Shown: positions 27,105 through 30,231 of the stretch, piece by piece
How positions within the stretch are numbered: the first letter of the stretch is position 1
Layout of the letters: each line of letters opens with the position of its first letter
From: a virus
Taxonomy: Duplodnaviria > Heunggongvirae > Uroviricota > Caudoviricetes
Direction: 5' to 3' (one strand)
Virus record (IMG/VR): IMGVR_UViG_2695420421_000005
Length of the DNA stretch: 30,231 nucleotides
Made by a program: the position numbers and the translations under genes
Notes under the pieces: model-generated
Database searches by the model: none
What the model was told of the DNA's origin: nothing
What the model saw: the letters and a program-made list of their open reading frames with translations, nothing else

Positions 27105-28834
27105 GCCGGAAATCTTACCCCAACGTAAATGCTGCAAATCAGTATGCCCGGGATGTCGTGCGCGGAAAGATTGTTGCCTGCCAGTTTGTGATTCAGGCCT
27201 GCCAGCGCCATCTTGATGACCTGATGGCGGAAAAAAGTAAGTCGTTTCGTTACCGCTTCGACAAGGACCTGGCTGAACGGGCCGCGAAATTTATTCAGCT
27301 GTTGCCGCACACCAAGGGGGAGTGGGCATTCAAACGGATGCCCATCACGCTGGAGCCGTGGCAGCTATTTGTGATCTGCTGTGCGTTTGGCTGGGTCAAT
27401 AAAGGCACCCGGTTGCGCCGCTTCCGGGAGGTGTACACCGAAATCCCCCGTAAGAACGGCAAATCAGCAATCTCTGCCGGTGTTGCCCTGTATTGTTTTG
27501 CCTGTGATAACGAGTTTGGCGCGGAAGTGTATTCCGGTGCCACGACAGAGAAACAGGCGTGGGAAGTCTTTCGCCCGGCGCGACTGATGTGTAAACGCAC
27601 ACCCATGCTGACGGAAGCGTTCGGGATTGAGGTTAACGCCTCAAACATGAACCGTCCGGAGGATGGCGCGCGGTTTGAACCGCTGATCGGCAACCCAGGT
27701 GATGGTTCATCACCCCACTGTGCCGTGGTTGATGAATATCACGAGCATGCCACCGATGCGCTTTATACCACAATGCTTACCGGGATGGGGGCGCGACGTC
27801 AGCCACTGATGTGGGCCATCACCACCGCCGGGTACAACATTGAGGGGCCGTGCTACGACAAGCGGCGGGAAGTCATCGAGATGCTCAACGGCTCGGTGCC
27901 TAACGATGAACTGTTCGGGATCATCTATACCGTTGATGAAGGTGACGACTGGACCGGCCCGCAGGTGCTGGAAAAAGCCAATCCAAATATTGGCGTGTCG
28001 GTTTATCGCGAATTTTTGTTAAGTCAGCAGCAGCGTGCGAAAAATAACGCCCGTCTGGCAAACGTCTTTAAAACAAAACACCTCAATATCTGGGTGTCGG
28101 CGCGTTCGGCGTATTTCAACTTGGTGAGCTGGCAGAGCTGCGAGGATAAATCACTGACCCTTGAGCAGTTCGAGGGGCAGCCGTGCATTCTGGCCTTTGA
28201 CCTGGCGCGTAAGCTGGATATGAACAGCATGGCGCGACTTTATACCCGCGAGATTGACGGTAAAACGCATTACTACAGTGTGGCCCCGCGTTTCTGGGTA
28301 CCGTATGACACGGTGTACAGCGTCGAGAAAAATGAAGATCGACGGACAGCCGAACGCTTTCAGAAATGGGTGGAAATGGGCGTTCTGACCGTTACCGATG
28401 GTGCGGAGGTGGATTATCGCTACATCCTCGAGGAGGCCAAAGCGGCGAACAAAATCAGCCCGGTCAGTGAGTCACCCATCGACCCCTTCGGGGCGACCGG
28501 GTTGTCACATGACCTTGCTGATGAAGACCTGAATCCCGTCACTATCGTCCAGAACTTCACCAATATGTCCGATCCGATGAAAGAGCTGGAAGCAGCGATT
28601 GAATCGGGACGTTTTCATCATGACGGCAATCCCATCATGACCTGGTGTATCGGCAACGTGGTCGGCAAAAACATGCCGGGTAACGATGATGTGGTGAAAC
28701 CCGTCAAAGAGCAGGCGGAAAACAAAATCGATGGTGCAGTTGCGCTGATTATGGCGGTTGGCAGAGCCATGCTGTACGAGAAAGAAGACACGCTGTCTGA
28801 CCACATTGAGTCCTACGGGATCCGCTCGCTTTAA
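27101..28834 (+). CDS. Terminase large subunit (HK97-like), 577 aa
   Basis: Size, position and ATGA coupling to terS; followed by a portal gene. Confidence 0.85.
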   Translation: MSRKSYPNVNAANQYARDVVRGKIVACQFVIQACQRHLDDLMAEKSKSFRYRFDKDLAERAAKFIQLLPHTKGEWAFKRMPITLEPWQLFVICCAFGWVNKGTRLRRFREVYTEIPRKNGKSAISAGVALYCFACDNEFGAEVYSGATTEKQAWEVFRPARLMCKRTPMLTEAFGIEVNASNMNRPEDGARFEPLIGNPGDGSSPHCAVVDEYHEHATDALYTTMLTGMGARRQPLMWAITTAGYNIEGPCYDKRREVIEMLNGSVPNDELFGIIYTVDEGDDWTGPQVLEKANPNIGVSVYREFLLSQQQRAKNNARLANVFKTKHLNIWVSARSAYFNLVSWQSCEDKSLTLEQFEGQPCILAFDLARKLDMNSMARLYTREIDGKTHYYSVAPRFWVPYDTVYSVEKNEDRRTAERFQKWVEMGVLTVTDGAEVDYRYILEEAKAANKISPVSESPIDPFGATGLSHDLADEDLNPVTIVQNFTNMSDPMKELEAAIESGRFHHDGNPIMTWCIGNVVGKNMPGNDDVVKPVKEQAENKIDGAVALIMAVGRAMLYEKEDTLSDHIESYGIRSL

Positions 28835-28845
28835 CTGAGGTAATT

Positions 28846-29028
28846 ATGATCATGCTGATTCTCGCGCCTCTGGTGGGCGTGCTGGGTGCGCTTTTGCTGG
28901 CGTATGGTGCCTGGCTGATTTATCCCCCGGCGGGTTTTGTTGTTGCCGGGGCGCTGTGCCTGTTCTGGTCGTGGCTGGTGGCGCGATATCTCGACCGTAC
29001 ACGGCAGTCTGTCGGCGGAGGTAAATAG
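28846..29028 (+). CDS. Small hydrophobic protein (60 aa) between terL and portal
   Basis: Two hydrophobic segments; TGAGG upstream of ATG. Confidence 0.55.
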   Translation: MIMLILAPLVGVLGALLLAYGAWLIYPPAGFVVAGALCLFWSWLVARYLDRTRQSVGGGK

Positions 29029-30184
29029 TGTTCTTTTCGGGATTATTTCAACGAAAAAGCGATGTGCCGGTGACCACGCCAGCAGAACTGCTGATGCTAT
29101 CGGGCTGTCATACGACACCTATACCGGAAAGCGGATCAGTAGCCAGCGGGCCATGCGCCTGACGGCGGTCTATTCTTGCGTCAGGGTGCTGGCAGAGTCT
29201 GTTGGTATGCTGCCCTGCAGTCTCTACAAAATCAGCGGTACCCTGAAAACACGGGCGGTGGATGAACGACTGCATAAGTTGGTTTCGGCAAAACCTAATG
29301 GCTACATGACACCGCAGGAATTCTGGGAGCTGGTTATTGTCTGCCTGTGTCTACGGGGGAATTTTTACGCCTACAAGGTAAAGGCACTGGGAGAAGTGGT
29401 GGAGCTTCTTCCGATAGATCCGGGCTGTGTGGAACCGAAGCTGAACAGCCAGTGGCAGCCGGTTTATCAGGTGACGTTTCCGGATGGTTCCGTGGATGTG
29501 TTGACCCAGAATGAAATCTGGCATGTGCGCACCCTGACGCTGGATGGACTTGTCGGGCTGAATCCCATTGCGTATGCGCGTGAGGCCATTTCACTGGCAG
29601 CGGCAACCGAGGAGCACGGTGCCAGGTTGTTTAGTAATGGTGCGGTGACATCCGGTGTGTTGCGTACGGAACAAAAGCTCACGCCGGATGCTTACGAGCG
29701 TCTGAAGAAAGATTTTGAGGAGTGTCACACGGGGCTTGGCAATGCTCACCGCCCGATGATTCTGGAAATGGGGCTGGACTGGAAGTCGATGGCGCTGAAC
29801 GCCGAGGACAGTCAGTTCCTGGAAACCCGCAAGTTTCAGCTGGAAGAAATCTGTCGTCTGTTCCGGGTGCCGTTGCACATGGTGCAGAACACCGATCGCG
29901 CCACCTTCAACAATATCGAAGAGCTGGGGCTGGGATTTATCAACTATTCACTGGTGCCGTATCTGACCCGCATCGAACAGCGGATCAACACCGGACTGGT
30001 ACGAAAAAGTAAGCAGGGCGTTTATTACGCCAAATTTAACGCCGGGGCGTTACTGCGCGGGGATATGAAGTCCCGTTTTGAAGCCTACGCCACCGGGATC
30101 AACTGGGGAATTTACTCTTCCAATGACTGCCGCGACCTGGAAGATATGAATCCGCGTCCCGGTGGTGTAATGCCGATCAGTTAA
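29028..30184 (+). CDS. Portal protein (HK97 family) with apparent +1/-1 frame change near 29090 (possible pseudogene or sequencing error)
   Basis: GGAGG 6 nt upstream of GTG 29028 opens a frame reading [22 protein letters not shown] that stops at 29160; the long portal-like ORF (ADAIGLSYDTYTGKRISSQRAMRLTAVYSCVRV...) is in another frame with no in-frame start until the Met in AMRL. Confidence 0.7.
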
Positions 30185-30231
30185 GGATCAGTTGACCGAT
30201 CCAGTGGCTGTGTAAGAATCCGGAAACGCTC

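Larger units (their letters stand above)
25543..30231 (+). mobile_element. HK97-like prophage late-region fragment (endolysin 3' remnant, Rz/Rz1, HNH endonuclease, terS, terL, portal)
   Basis: Gene content and order typical of HK97-type packaging modules; begins abruptly inside an endolysin gene. Confidence 0.7.

Noticed and set aside
28937-29027. Upstream part of the 415-aa portal ORF overlapping the small hydrophobic gene
   Set aside because: No start codon with an RBS in this frame; the GTG at 29028 in another frame with a GGAGG RBS is the likely start, implying a frameshift instead.

Overview
The window looks like the right arm of an N15-like telomere phage (linear plasmid-prophage), read inward from the telomere, joined near its end to a fragment of a second, HK97-like prophage. 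All calls rest on reading the sequence and the ORF track and on remembered protein families; no database search or computation was run. In order: a 42-bp telomere-resolution palindrome at the window start, protelomerase telN, a small minus-strand operon ending in a truncated BRO-N antirepressor fragment, a hairpin-rich noncoding stretch, the ~1330-aa primase-helicase repA with a structured leader, and the cB / operator / cro / Q-like immunity region. Then follow early accessory genes (DEDDh exonuclease, DUF551 protein and others), a LexA-box-controlled small gene (candidate SOS antirepressor), a HigB/HigA-like toxin-antitoxin pair, a DNA methyltransferase and a lysis cassette (dual-start holin, SAR endolysin, Rz/Rz1). 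Between the lysis genes and cos sits an AT-rich two-gene cassette of unknown function, bracketed by ~176-bp direct repeats; this is the best candidate for an undescribed accessory or defence system. A lambda-type cos site and near-lambda Nu1-A-W-B follow; C is truncated at ~25.54 kb and fused to the 3' end of a second endolysin gene, followed by Rz/Rz1, HNH endonuclease, terS, terL and a portal gene with an apparent N-terminal frameshift. Five copies of an F-sopC-like inverted repeat (TGCGACC-NN-GGTCGCA) are scattered through the N15-like part. No integrase, tRNA, CRISPR array or IS element was seen.
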